Assembly (NCBI GenBank): GCA_046349395.1
Contig: JAXMCK010000004.1
Coordinates: 748,173 to 812,172 of the forward strand
Direction: 5' to 3'
DNA: 64,000 bases
Source of the DNA: Geminicoccaceae bacterium
GTDB taxonomy: Bacteria; Pseudomonadota; Alphaproteobacteria; Geminicoccales; Geminicoccaceae
Shown: positions 38,124 through 46,822 of the stretch, piece after piece
Layout: each line of letters starts with the position of its first letter
Numbering within the stretch: the first letter of the stretch is position 1
Translations under genes and position numbers: made by a program
Notes under the pieces: model-generated
What the model saw: only the letters and a program-made list of their open reading frames with translations
The model's database searches: none
Told to the model about the DNA's origin: nothing

Positions 38124-38142
38124 AGGCGCCACACGGGCGCCT
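38124..38142. terminator. Possible bidirectional hairpin between convergent B3 and cyclase genes
   Basis: AGGCGCC-ACACG-GGCGCCT: a 7-bp GC-rich stem with a 5-nt loop, 7 nt after the B3 stop. There is no U-tract, so this is a weak call. Confidence 0.3.
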
Positions 38143-38168
38143 ACACCGTAGAAGCCGCCGCTCGTGCC

Positions 38169-39662
38169 CTACCCGAGCGCGATCCGGTGCATCTCCTGCT
38201 TCTGGCCCACGCCCTTGAGCTGGACATAAGCGCGCGAGGTCGGGCGGCTGCCGACGAGGTCGGCCACACCGGGTGCGCTCATCACGGCCTCGGTGACGCA
38301 GATCTCGTCGACCCCGGCCAGGCCCTGGACACGGGCGGCGATGTTCACGTCCTGGCCGAAATAGTCGATCCGCTCGTTGAGCGTCACCGCGATCGCTTGG
38401 CCCTTGTGGATGCCGATCTTGAGGCCCAGCGGGCGTGCCGCCGTGCGGTTGAAGCGGGCCAGTTCCTCGACCATCGCGATCCCGGCGGCGACGGCGTCCC
38501 GCGGCCGGTCGAAGGCCGCCATCACGGCATCGCCGATCGTCTTGACGAGGGCACCGCCTTGCTGGCGGACGATCCGGTTCAGGATCTCGAAATGCTGCCG
38601 GACCAGGAAGTAGGCGTTGAGATCGCCGACGCTGTCGTAGAGCGGGGTCGATTCCTTCAGGTCGGTGAAGAGGTAGGTGATGTCCGAGACGGTGAGCCCC
38701 TCGCCCTCGTCGACCAGCTGGCCCTTGTAGAGTTCGGCGAAGCTGGGGGTCAGCAGCAGCCGCTTGCCGGACAGGAACGGCTCGTACGCGACACGATGCG
38801 GCGCGAAGCCCGGCGGGTACTGGACGAACCAGAGCCTTCCCCGCTTGTCCATGCGGTTCTCGATCTCGAAGCGATGCCGGCCCGGCCGGAGGTCGGCCGT
38901 CTGGTTGAAGACGAAGCGACCGTCACCCAGCACCATCTCGCGCGGCGCGGTCGGCCGGTCCGGCACGAGGAAGCGCCCGTCGTCGAGTCGGATCGACGTG
39001 GTCTGCAGGCCGACTCCTTCGCCGTCGACGAAGAAGACCAGCAGCAGCTTGTGGCTCAGATCCAGGATCTCGAACCGCCCGGCGGTGACGTCGAGCTCGA
39101 AGGTGCGTTTCTCGCGAGCGCCGAGATCGGCGAACTGGCGCGACAGCAGGGCCACGATCTGTGCCGGCGTCATGCCGTGCGGCGGCACGAAGCCCTTCGC
39201 AAAGTTGTAGCGCAGGTAATAGTCCTCGACCGGCAAGGTCTCCGGATGCCGGTAGACGATGTCCCGCACTTTGTCTGCGACGGTGAAGGCGACCTGGATG
39301 TAGTCGTCCAGCGCCACGTCGTTGATGGCATTGCAGAAGGCGCACTGGAACCTGGGATGGACCTGGTTCAGCTCGCGGAAGCCGCCGGCGACCTGCGGGC
39401 AGTAGGCGCAGAGTACCAACCAGTCCATCTGGAACAGACCGACCTTGGCCGCGTGCAGGAACAGGTCGATCGCGTCGGTCTCGGTGAGGCCCGCTTCGGC
39501 CGCATACCGGATCGGGTTGACCCGGAACAGATCGTAGTCGTCCGCCAGCCGGACGAACGTCGCCAGCGCCTCCAGCGTCTCCGGTGGCCAGCTACGGGCC
39601 GCGGAGAGTTGCGCCAGACTGTTCTCGAGGAACTGCTCGTCGACCCTCGAGGGCTGGCTCAT
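38169..39662 (-). CDS. Class III adenylate/guanylate cyclase with large N-terminal domain containing a CxxC...CxxC zinc-ribbon-like motif (DUF5939-like)
   Basis: C-terminal CHD: ITYLFTDLKEST, LVKTIGDAVMAAF, YFGQDVNIAARVQ. The N-terminal ~300 aa contain CAYC-x18-CAFC. Confidence 0.85.
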   Translation of the reverse strand: MSQPSRVDEQFLENSLAQLSAARSWPPETLEALATFVRLADDYDLFRVNPIRYAAEAGLTETDAIDLFLHAAKVGLFQMDWLVLCAYCPQVAGGFRELNQVHPRFQCAFCNAINDVALDDYIQVAFTVADKVRDIVYRHPETLPVEDYYLRYNFAKGFVPPHGMTPAQIVALLSRQFADLGAREKRTFELDVTAGRFEILDLSHKLLLVFFVDGEGVGLQTTSIRLDDGRFLVPDRPTAPREMVLGDGRFVFNQTADLRPGRHRFEIENRMDKRGRLWFVQYPPGFAPHRVAYEPFLSGKRLLLTPSFAELYKGQLVDEGEGLTVSDITYLFTDLKESTPLYDSVGDLNAYFLVRQHFEILNRIVRQQGGALVKTIGDAVMAAFDRPRDAVAAGIAMVEELARFNRTAARPLGLKIGIHKGQAIAVTLNERIDYFGQDVNIAARVQGLAGVDEICVTEAVMSAPGVADLVGSRPTSRAYVQLKGVGQKQEMHRIALG

Positions 39663-39815
39663 CTGACATCCCTGCCCGTCCGGGGCCGTCGCCGGCCACT
39701 ATGCCGACACCGTCGCATTTACCGGGCGCAGCGATGTGCTTCAAGTCGAGGCAGATTCTCCCGCTGCTCTACCGCAGCGCTGGCGAAGGCCCGCGTTCGG
39801 AGCCGGCCCTCCCCC

Positions 39816-40424
39816 TCAGGCGTCCAGGATCTGGAAGTGCGCGTCGTGGATGACGCAGGCCTCGCCGTTGATCGGCAGCATGTCCTGGGGGCAGGCGGAG
39901 AAGGCGATCACGAGGTCCATCTCGGCGCGCAGATCGACATGGCCGCCCTCGACACCGCGCGGCGGGTCGAAGGACAGAGTACCCTCGGCCGTCCACGGGA
40001 TGTTCATGAACAGGTTCAGCGGGCTCGGCGTCTCGGGCGCGATCAGGCCCAGCATGCGCAGGCTCTCGGAGAGATTGTCCGTGCAGTTGCGGTGGTAGCC
40101 CTTGTGCCCCAGCCCCTCGTAGCGCCAGCGGTCGCAGGCGGCGATCAGCGTGTCGTGCACCCCGCCCGAGGTGTCGGCGGTCAGCGTCAGGATCGGGCGG
40201 CGGCAGTTGGTGACGAGGCTGTCGCCGACGGCCGGGCGCAGCTTCAAGATCGCGGCGCGGGTGTGCTGCATCGACATGAACTCGCCGAGATCGTCGGTCG
40301 AGAAGGCCCAGGTGTCGACGACCTGGGTGCCGTGCGTGTTGATCACGCGGACCGTCTGGCCCGCCTTGACGCGGGCGGCCGACCCCATGCGGGCCGGGAT
40401 GAGCTGGAGGTCGCTCGGGGACAT
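39816..40424 (-). CDS. DUF1989 (urea-carboxylase-associated / aminomethyltransferase-like) family protein
   Basis: VRVINTHGTQVVDTWAF...MSMQHTRA...GVHDTLIAACD...GYHRNCTDN...NLFMN is characteristic of the family. Confidence 0.8.
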   Translation of the reverse strand: MSPSDLQLIPARMGSAARVKAGQTVRVINTHGTQVVDTWAFSTDDLGEFMSMQHTRAAILKLRPAVGDSLVTNCRRPILTLTADTSGGVHDTLIAACDRWRYEGLGHKGYHRNCTDNLSESLRMLGLIAPETPSPLNLFMNIPWTAEGTLSFDPPRGVEGGHVDLRAEMDLVIAFSACPQDMLPINGEACVIHDAHFQILDA

Positions 40425-40490
40425 CGGTTCGATCCTGCCGGTGGAAACCGCCGGTCGGCGGCTGCGGCAGGCAAGAGCACGGCACCGGCG

Positions 40491-41744
40491 TCAGCACAAC
40501 TCCGCGGTTGCCGGGCCTCGCAGCCGTTCGCCGAAGGCCCGCCGGTGCAGGACGAGCAACCGCGCCGCCTCGCCCAGCCCCCGCACGCAGGCGAAAGCTT
40601 CGGCACGCCCCGTCATCGCGGCGACCGCCAGCCCCGGCAGCAGCACCGCCAGGAGAACGGCGTTGCCGAGGAGCACGTCCCGCCCGCGACCGATACCGGC
40701 CAGCCCTCCTTGCAGCAGCGTCGTCGGATGCTGCAGCACGAACCATGGCAGCAGCCACAGGACGAGCGGCACGGCCCCTCGATGCTCCGCCCCGAAGGCG
40801 ACGGGCACCACGAGCGGCGCCGCCAGACCCAGCCCGGCAGCCAAGACAAACCCGAGGCCGCCGACGAGGCGAAGCTCGCGTCCGAGAAGCTGCCGGAAAG
40901 CCTGCGGATCCGCCGCCAGCGGCGCCAGCCGGGCGAGCCCTGCCTGTCCGGCGGCATTGGCGACGACGAGCCCGGCGACCGCGATCTGCGAGGCGAGGTA
41001 GTAGTCGCCGGCAGTCGCTATGCCCAGCACGGCACCGACGGCGAGGAGGTCCGCCGCCGTCTGCATCTGGTTGGTCAGCGTGACCGCGCATAGCGGTGCT
41101 CCCGCCCGGAGCATGGCGAGGGGACCGTCCACCGGCGATCCACCCCCCTTCGGCAGGTCCGTCAGCGTCGTCCAGGAGGCTGCCGCCGCGATCCACCACG
41201 AGCCCAGATAGACGAGCGCCACGGCCGCAGCCGAACCCGGCGACGACAGGGGAGCGAGGAGCACGACGAAGGCGACCGGCCGGACCAGCAGCAAGCCGGC
41301 GGCGAGCCCGGGTCGGTCGGCCGACAGCGCCAACCAATCGAGTTGCAGCGACACCGGCAGGATGGCCGCCGTCGCCAGCGTCACAGGAGTGAGCGCGTCC
41401 GGCGCCAGAAGCTTCGTCCCGACCACCAAGACCGCGAGCACGGCAAGCGAAAGCCCGAGCCGCAGTCCCAGATACCGCGGCAGCAAGCGCCCTATGCCGG
41501 CCGGTGCCCGGGCGGCCTCCGCCGTCGCCACGCTGCGCAGGCCGAACTCGCCGAGATGCAGGGCGTAGGCCTGCACCGCCAGCGCCATGGACCAGAGGCC
41601 GAGTTCGGCCGGTGACAGCAGGCGGGCCACCATCGCCACGCCCAGAAACCCGATCCCGGCGGCGGCGGCGCGCCCGACGGCAAGCGTGCCGATCCGGCGA
41701 AGGCTGACCCAGGACGGGAGCAGCCGCTGGGTGCCGGCGGTCAC
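40491..41744 (-). CDS. Polysaccharide/oligosaccharide flippase family protein (Wzx-like)
   Basis: 417-aa polytopic membrane protein of about 12 TM segments. The N-terminus ...VGRAAAAGIGFLGVAMVARLLSPAELGLW is typical of the PST family. It is the last gene of the glycosyltransferase cluster. Confidence 0.65.
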   Translation of the reverse strand: MTAGTQRLLPSWVSLRRIGTLAVGRAAAAGIGFLGVAMVARLLSPAELGLWSMALAVQAYALHLGEFGLRSVATAEAARAPAGIGRLLPRYLGLRLGLSLAVLAVLVVGTKLLAPDALTPVTLATAAILPVSLQLDWLALSADRPGLAAGLLLVRPVAFVVLLAPLSSPGSAAAVALVYLGSWWIAAAASWTTLTDLPKGGGSPVDGPLAMLRAGAPLCAVTLTNQMQTAADLLAVGAVLGIATAGDYYLASQIAVAGLVVANAAGQAGLARLAPLAADPQAFRQLLGRELRLVGGLGFVLAAGLGLAAPLVVPVAFGAEHRGAVPLVLWLLPWFVLQHPTTLLQGGLAGIGRGRDVLLGNAVLLAVLLPGLAVAAMTGRAEAFACVRGLGEAARLLVLHRRAFGERLRGPATAELC

Positions 41745-41752
41745 ATGCCGGC

Positions 41753-42874
41753 TCAGAACGAGGCGGCGGCCGAAAGGCGACGATAGAGGTGCATGACCTC
41801 GCCCATGATCGCCTCCTCGTCGAGCATGGCGATCTTCTCCGTGTGGCGGTAGCGACCCTCGCGGACGAGGCGCGCCGCGCGGCGCACGCCCATGGCAAGC
41901 GACACCGGGGTCGCGTCGCAGACGAACCCCGTCCGGTCCACGTCCAGCCAGTCGGCGACGTCGCCGACGTCCGTCGACACCACGGGCCGCATCGCGCGCA
42001 GGGCCTCCTTCACCACCGTGGGCGACGCCTCGTAGCGGCTCGTCAGCAGCAGGATGCCGTGCCGCTCCAGGAGGTCCGGCACGTCGTCGTGCGGCACCGC
42101 CCCGACCCAGCGGATGCGGTCGCGGCAGGGGCTGGTCGCGATCCGCTGCACGAGGTCACGCGCCCCCTCGCCCCGTCCGGCGATGGTGAGCGTCGCGTCC
42201 TCGCCGGTCGTGACAAGCTCCTCCAGCGTGGCGATGGCGAGCCCGACGTTCTTCTGGTGGCTGATCCGGCCCAGCACGAGGAGACGGGTCGCCAGCTCCG
42301 GCGGCGGGGGCGACACCCTCCTGCCGGCGAAGGCGGCCGAGTCGAAAGCCGCCGGAATGACCTCCGCCCGCTCGAAAGGCTCGGTGACGACGATCCGGCC
42401 GAGTTCGGCCCGGTCGCGACGGCTGACGCAGACGATGGCGTCCGCGAGCCGCGCCACCTGCCGCTCCAGCTTCAGCATAAGGCTGCGGACGGGCCGCCCG
42501 AGCGTGCCCAGCAGGCCCTCCAGCACCCGGCCGGACACATTATGGTAGCTGACCACGACCGAACCTCGCCGTGGGCAGAGCACCAGCTTCGGCCAGGCGG
42601 CGTAGTTGCGATGAAAGTGAAAGACGTCCTCGTCGGTGAAGTCGAGGCGATGGCAGAAGAACCACCACCACAGCCCCAGCCAGAAGCGCAGGAAATTGCT
42701 GCCCTTCGAGATGTAGGTGAGATAGGGCGGCCCGGCCCCGCGCTGCAGCCTTGCCGCCACCAGCCGGAAAGGCAATCCAGAGGCCAGGAGCGCCCGGTGG
42801 ATGCAGCGGAAATGCTCGGCACCGCCGCCCAGGTCCTGGGCCAGGGGATCGTTGTTGTAGAAGACGTAGATCAT
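41753..42874 (-). CDS. Glycosyltransferase family 4 (GT-B)
   Basis: Starts at the internal ATG (MIYVFYNNDP...). C-terminal E-x7-E-like region SRYEASPTVVKEALRAMRPVV. The remainder of the 1002-aa listed ORF is an out-of-frame shadow. Confidence 0.8.
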   Translation of the reverse strand: MIYVFYNNDPLAQDLGGGAEHFRCIHRALLASGLPFRLVAARLQRGAGPPYLTYISKGSNFLRFWLGLWWWFFCHRLDFTDEDVFHFHRNYAAWPKLVLCPRRGSVVVSYHNVSGRVLEGLLGTLGRPVRSLMLKLERQVARLADAIVCVSRRDRAELGRIVVTEPFERAEVIPAAFDSAAFAGRRVSPPPPELATRLLVLGRISHQKNVGLAIATLEELVTTGEDATLTIAGRGEGARDLVQRIATSPCRDRIRWVGAVPHDDVPDLLERHGILLLTSRYEASPTVVKEALRAMRPVVSTDVGDVADWLDVDRTGFVCDATPVSLAMGVRRAARLVREGRYRHTEKIAMLDEEAIMGEVMHLYRRLSAAASF

Positions 42875-44655
42875 GGGCTGCCCGCCGCTGCCCCGAGGAT
42901 ATCGTCGATCACCTGCCCGACCGGGCGGTCGTTGCTCACCACCGGCAGGTCGAACTCGCGCGCCAGCCGCATGTAGAGGGCCCGCCGCCGGGCGAAATTC
43001 CTGTCCGCGAGCGCGTCGGGCCGCGAGGCCGCGATCGCCGTCACGGGGCGGTCGATGACGACGGCACGACGTGGCGGCGGCAGCCGACCGACCAGGAAGT
43101 GCCCGAGCCGCCCGAAGACGACATCGTCGAGCCCGGTGTCGACGGCGAGATCGACAAGCGTGTCGTAGGCACAACGATCGCCCAGCACGAGGCCGCGCCG
43201 CGGGTAGCGCAGGGCCATGTCGAGCAGCGTGTCGATGGTCTGCAGGACGAGGAACGGCCAGGCGAGCCAGGGCCGGCCGGCGAAGCGATGATAGCCGACG
43301 CGCACCCCGTTCACCTCTTCCTTGCGGTTGTGGCCGGTGAGGCGCGTGAGGGCGAGGAGCGGCTTCGACAGGTAGTTGCGGAACCTTGTCCAGACGTGCC
43401 GGTGCGGGATGCCGGCGGCATCCAGCCGTGCCGCCAGATGGCGCAGCAGGTAGGTCTTGCCTGCCCCGTCGACGCCGACGAGGGCCAGGAGCCGCAGGCG
43501 CGCCAGACGCTGCAGGTCCGACTCCAGCACGGCGCCGACGGCCCGCTCCCAGTCCGTCCAGGCGGCAGACGAGGGCAATGCCGCCCGTCGCGTCTCGGCC
43601 TGCAGCAGCGCATCCGGTAGCTCGGACGGCGAGGCGGCGACGATGCCGCCGAGCCGGCGCGCCACCTCGCCGACACCCGGCGCATCGAGCACGACCGTCG
43701 GCCGCCCGGACAGGCAGGCCTCGATGACGACGAGCGGCACCTCCGAGATCGGCAGGCGGAACGGCAGCAGGAAGGCGTCGCAGGCGGCCAACTCGCGCCG
43801 AAGCTCCGCCTCCGACAGCATCCCGACCAGGACGTCGATCAGCGCAGCGTGTCGGCTGCGCCGAACCCGCCCCAGCAGGCGCTCGATGCTCGCCTCGCCA
43901 CTGTCCGGCCGCAGCAGCAGGCGAAGGCGGCCGCGCAGCCCTCGCTCGACCGCGATCTCGAAGGCCTCGACCGCCAGATCGGCACCTCGGGCCGCGAGCG
44001 GCGGTCCGAAATAGGCGACGGTGAACGGCCCCTCGCTCCGCCGCGGTCGCGGCAGGACGCTGGCAGCCTCGATCTGGGGACTGAGCACCGGACCCGCCGG
44101 CAGGCCCGCCTCGGCGAAGCGGTCCCGCGCCGTTGCACTCAGGTAGACGAGGCCGTCCGCCCCGGACCGCTCGAAGCCCCGGCGAAGGACCCATCCGGGC
44201 AGGATCGCTGTCGCGAGCGGTAGCGCCAGCAGCGCCCGCTCCTCCCACAGGCGACGCGGACCCAGGGCCAGGAATTCGCGCAGGCGCAGCCGCGGGGCCG
44301 CCATGACAAAGGTCACGGGTGCGCTCGCCGCGAACGGCCGGAGCCGAGCCAGGCCCGCAGCCCCGCCGATGATCCAGATCCACTCGACCGGCCGGCCGGC
44401 CAGGGTGGTCGACATCGTCGACGCCAGCTCCGAAGCGCCAAGGCCACCCTCCACCCGCTCGATCCGGTAGCCGGCGGCGGACGGCACATCGCCCTGGTCG
44501 GTCAGCAGCAGGACGTCGTGACCATGGGCCGCGAGCCCACGGGCGAGACCGTCCGCGGTATGCCAGGGCTGGCGGCGCACCCGGTCGGCCGCAAAGCCCC
44601 TGGCCACGACGACATGGAGCGGTGACGGCTGCGGCCGCCGGGCGGTGCGGATCAC
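42871..44655 (-). CDS. Fusion protein: GT-B glycosyltransferase-like N-terminal ~400 aa plus C-terminal P-loop (thymidylate-kinase-like) domain
   Basis: N-terminal part with ISEVPLVVIEACLSGRPTV. C-terminal Walker A LVGVDGAGKTYL, then DRCAYD, reminiscent of the dTMP-kinase fold. Overlaps both neighbours by 4 nt. Confidence 0.6.
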   Translation of the reverse strand: MIRTARRPQPSPLHVVVARGFAADRVRRQPWHTADGLARGLAAHGHDVLLLTDQGDVPSAAGYRIERVEGGLGASELASTMSTTLAGRPVEWIWIIGGAAGLARLRPFAASAPVTFVMAAPRLRLREFLALGPRRLWEERALLALPLATAILPGWVLRRGFERSGADGLVYLSATARDRFAEAGLPAGPVLSPQIEAASVLPRPRRSEGPFTVAYFGPPLAARGADLAVEAFEIAVERGLRGRLRLLLRPDSGEASIERLLGRVRRSRHAALIDVLVGMLSEAELRRELAACDAFLLPFRLPISEVPLVVIEACLSGRPTVVLDAPGVGEVARRLGGIVAASPSELPDALLQAETRRAALPSSAAWTDWERAVGAVLESDLQRLARLRLLALVGVDGAGKTYLLRHLAARLDAAGIPHRHVWTRFRNYLSKPLLALTRLTGHNRKEEVNGVRVGYHRFAGRPWLAWPFLVLQTIDTLLDMALRYPRRGLVLGDRCAYDTLVDLAVDTGLDDVVFGRLGHFLVGRLPPPRRAVVIDRPVTAIAASRPDALADRNFARRRALYMRLAREFDLPVVSNDRPVGQVIDDILGAAAGSP

Positions 44656-45767
44656 GCCGCCTGCTCCATCCGCAAGCCATAGGCCGCTTCCAGCCCGTTG
44701 ACGGCCCGCTCCCAGTCATGCCCGCGAACGACCAGCGCTCGCGCCGCCGCCGTCCGCACACCCGAATGCGGGTCGTCGAGCGTCGCCCGGATGCCGGCGG
44801 CGAGATCGGCCGCGGTGGGCGGTACGACCCGCAGCGGCGGGTCCGGCCCGAGCTCGACTGCCAGCCCGGTCGGCGTGGTCACCACCGGCGTCCCGGCCGC
44901 CATCGCCTCCAAGAGGGTGAGCGGCCCGGATTCGTAGTCGGCCGGATTGACGAAGCAGGCCGCCCGCCAGAGTTCGCGGCGCACCCCCTCGGCATCGCGG
45001 AAGCCGAGGAACATGACCCGGTCGGCGATGCCGAGGCGCTGCGCTTGGTCCTTCAACTCCGTTTCGAGCGGCCCCTCGCCGACCAGCCGCAGCAAGACGT
45101 TGGGCAGCAGCGCCACGGCCGCGAGCAGCCGCGACAACCCCTTCCGGTAGCCGAGCCGGCCGACATAGAGCACGCGGCCGAACCGCCCCTCGGGCCCGCG
45201 ATAGGCGAAGAACGCCGTGTCGACCCCGTTGCGCACCACGAGGGGATGCCGGCCGCGCAGGCGATAGAGCCGGGCCAGATCGTCGGCGACGCTCTGCGCC
45301 ACGGCGATCACAGAGACGGCCCGGTCGAGGTACCACTGCTCCCAGCGGTGCGAGAGCAGCCGTGCCTGGCTGCGGAAGGCGAACGGCCGCCAGCCCTTCT
45401 CGGGCATCGCCGCCGTGTCGACCAGCAGCGGCGTGTGGATCGTGACGACGGTCGGCAGGGAGGTCGGCAGCGGCGGCAGCAGCGGCAGATGCACGTGCAG
45501 GAGCGAGGCACCCTCGGCCCCGTCGGCGAGCCAGGCGCCGATCTCGCGTCGCGCCAGCAGATGGTGGAACGGCCGGACGGCGACGTGCGGGTACCAGCGC
45601 ACCGGCACGCCCGCGATCTCGCCGCGGATCCACTTCCTGCCCTCACCCGGTGCGAGCAGGATCGGTTCGTGGCCGCGTGCCCGCAGGCTGCGGGCCGTCT
45701 CCAGCGCGTGCCGGCCGATGCCCTCGCGGGGCGGCAGCCGGTTGTTGGTGACGATCGCGACCCGCAT
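44652..45767 (-). CDS. Glycosyltransferase family 4 (GT-B)
   Basis: MRVAIVTNN...GIGRH..., VGRLGYRKG, and ESGPLTLLEAMAAGTPVV. Confidence 0.85.
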   Translation of the reverse strand: MRVAIVTNNRLPPREGIGRHALETARSLRARGHEPILLAPGEGRKWIRGEIAGVPVRWYPHVAVRPFHHLLARREIGAWLADGAEGASLLHVHLPLLPPLPTSLPTVVTIHTPLLVDTAAMPEKGWRPFAFRSQARLLSHRWEQWYLDRAVSVIAVAQSVADDLARLYRLRGRHPLVVRNGVDTAFFAYRGPEGRFGRVLYVGRLGYRKGLSRLLAAVALLPNVLLRLVGEGPLETELKDQAQRLGIADRVMFLGFRDAEGVRRELWRAACFVNPADYESGPLTLLEAMAAGTPVVTTPTGLAVELGPDPPLRVVPPTAADLAAGIRATLDDPHSGVRTAAARALVVRGHDWERAVNGLEAAYGLRMEQAA

Positions 45768-45770
45768 CGA

Positions 45771-46805
45771 TCAGGTGCCCGCCAGCGCCAGGCCGGGCCG
45801 ACCGGCGACGACCGTCGAGGACCAGTAGAAGTCCTGGCCGCTGAGGCGGCGGGCGAGCCACACCGGCAGCCGCGGGCCGAGCAGGCCGACCCGGAAGCCT
45901 AGATACTTGGCGCCGAGGTGTCCCACCGCCTGCAGCAGGAGCAGCGGCCGCTTCCGGCGCACGAGGCGCAGGAGGTCGCTCGCATAGCGCCGGCCCCGCA
46001 CCTCGTCCCGCTCGCGGGCGCGCAGCAGGTGGCCGAAGCGGCGCCGCGTGTAGCCGATGTCGAAGTGGCGCCGGAACTCGTCGACGAGCCCATAGGCGTG
46101 GGAATGCACGACGACCGCGTCCGCCACGTAGGCGATGCGTCCGCCGCGCTCCAGCAGCTGCGCCACGGCGATCGTCTCCTCCGAGACGAGCGTGGTCGGG
46201 AAGCCGCCGATCGCGTCCAGCGCCTCGTTCTTCCAGGCGGCACAAGCGTTCGAGCAGAAATGCGTGTAGCTGCCGTAGCGGTCCCAGTCCGCCAGCGAGC
46301 GCAGTTGGCTCTTGGCCGGATAGTTGAAGTCGCGGGGAAATCGCTCGAACAGGCCGGCGCCGGGACGGGCCACCTGACGGCCATAGGCGACGACCGCCTC
46401 CCCGGACCGGATCGGTGCCGTGAGCCGCCCGACGAAGCCCACGTCGGTGGCATAGGCGTCCGGCGTCAGCATCACGACGATGTCGGTGCCGAGATGCCGC
46501 CGGGCCAACTCGCGGGTCAACCCGTGGTTGAACTCAGCCCGCGGCACCACCAGCGTGTCGGCGCCCATCTCGGCCGCACGCTCGACCGTGCCGTCGTTCG
46601 AGGAAGAGTTCACGACCAGCACGCGCGGCCGGAGCGGCGAGGCGAGCAGCGGCGGCAGGCAATGGCACAGATGCTCACGCGCCCGCCAGGTGACGACCAC
46701 CACGCCGACACTGGGCTCGGCCGACGAGCATAACGGCGTATGGCCGCTGGACACCGCGTTCTCCCCGACCCGTCGACAGTGCGGGCCGTTAGGATCATCG
46801 CTCAA
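45771..46805 (-). CDS. Glycosyltransferase family 2 (rhamnosyltransferase-like)
   Basis: VVVVTWRAREHL...VVNSSSNDGT...FCSNACAAW...GGFP. The listed start is a TTG, so the true start may be further downstream. Confidence 0.75.
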   Translation of the reverse strand: MSDDPNGPHCRRVGENAVSSGHTPLCSSAEPSVGVVVVTWRAREHLCHCLPPLLASPLRPRVLVVNSSSNDGTVERAAEMGADTLVVPRAEFNHGLTRELARRHLGTDIVVMLTPDAYATDVGFVGRLTAPIRSGEAVVAYGRQVARPGAGLFERFPRDFNYPAKSQLRSLADWDRYGSYTHFCSNACAAWKNEALDAIGGFPTTLVSEETIAVAQLLERGGRIAYVADAVVVHSHAYGLVDEFRRHFDIGYTRRRFGHLLRARERDEVRGRRYASDLLRLVRRKRPLLLLQAVGHLGAKYLGFRVGLLGPRLPVWLARRLSGQDFYWSSTVVAGRPGLALAGT

Positions 46806-46822
46806 ACAGGAAACAACCTCAA

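Noticed and set aside
40420-40450. GGTTCGATCC string resembling a tRNA T-loop
   Set aside because: The flanking bases cannot form a T-stem or acceptor stem, and the string lies at the 5' end of the DUF1989 gene on the other strand.
38187-41093. 968-aa plus-strand ORF
   Set aside because: It runs antisense across three well-supported minus-strand genes (cyclase, DUF1989, flippase). Its composition is Arg/Ala/Gly/Pro-rich with no motifs, which is typical of a high-GC shadow ORF.
42875-44761. Upstream 628 codons of the 1002-aa minus-strand ORF 41753..44761
   Set aside because: It is out of frame with, and fully overlapped by, the motif-bearing GT-kinase gene (42871..44655). The translation is low-complexity and Arg/Pro/Ala-rich. 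Only the part from the ATG at 42874 (MIYVFYNN...) looks like a real GT4.
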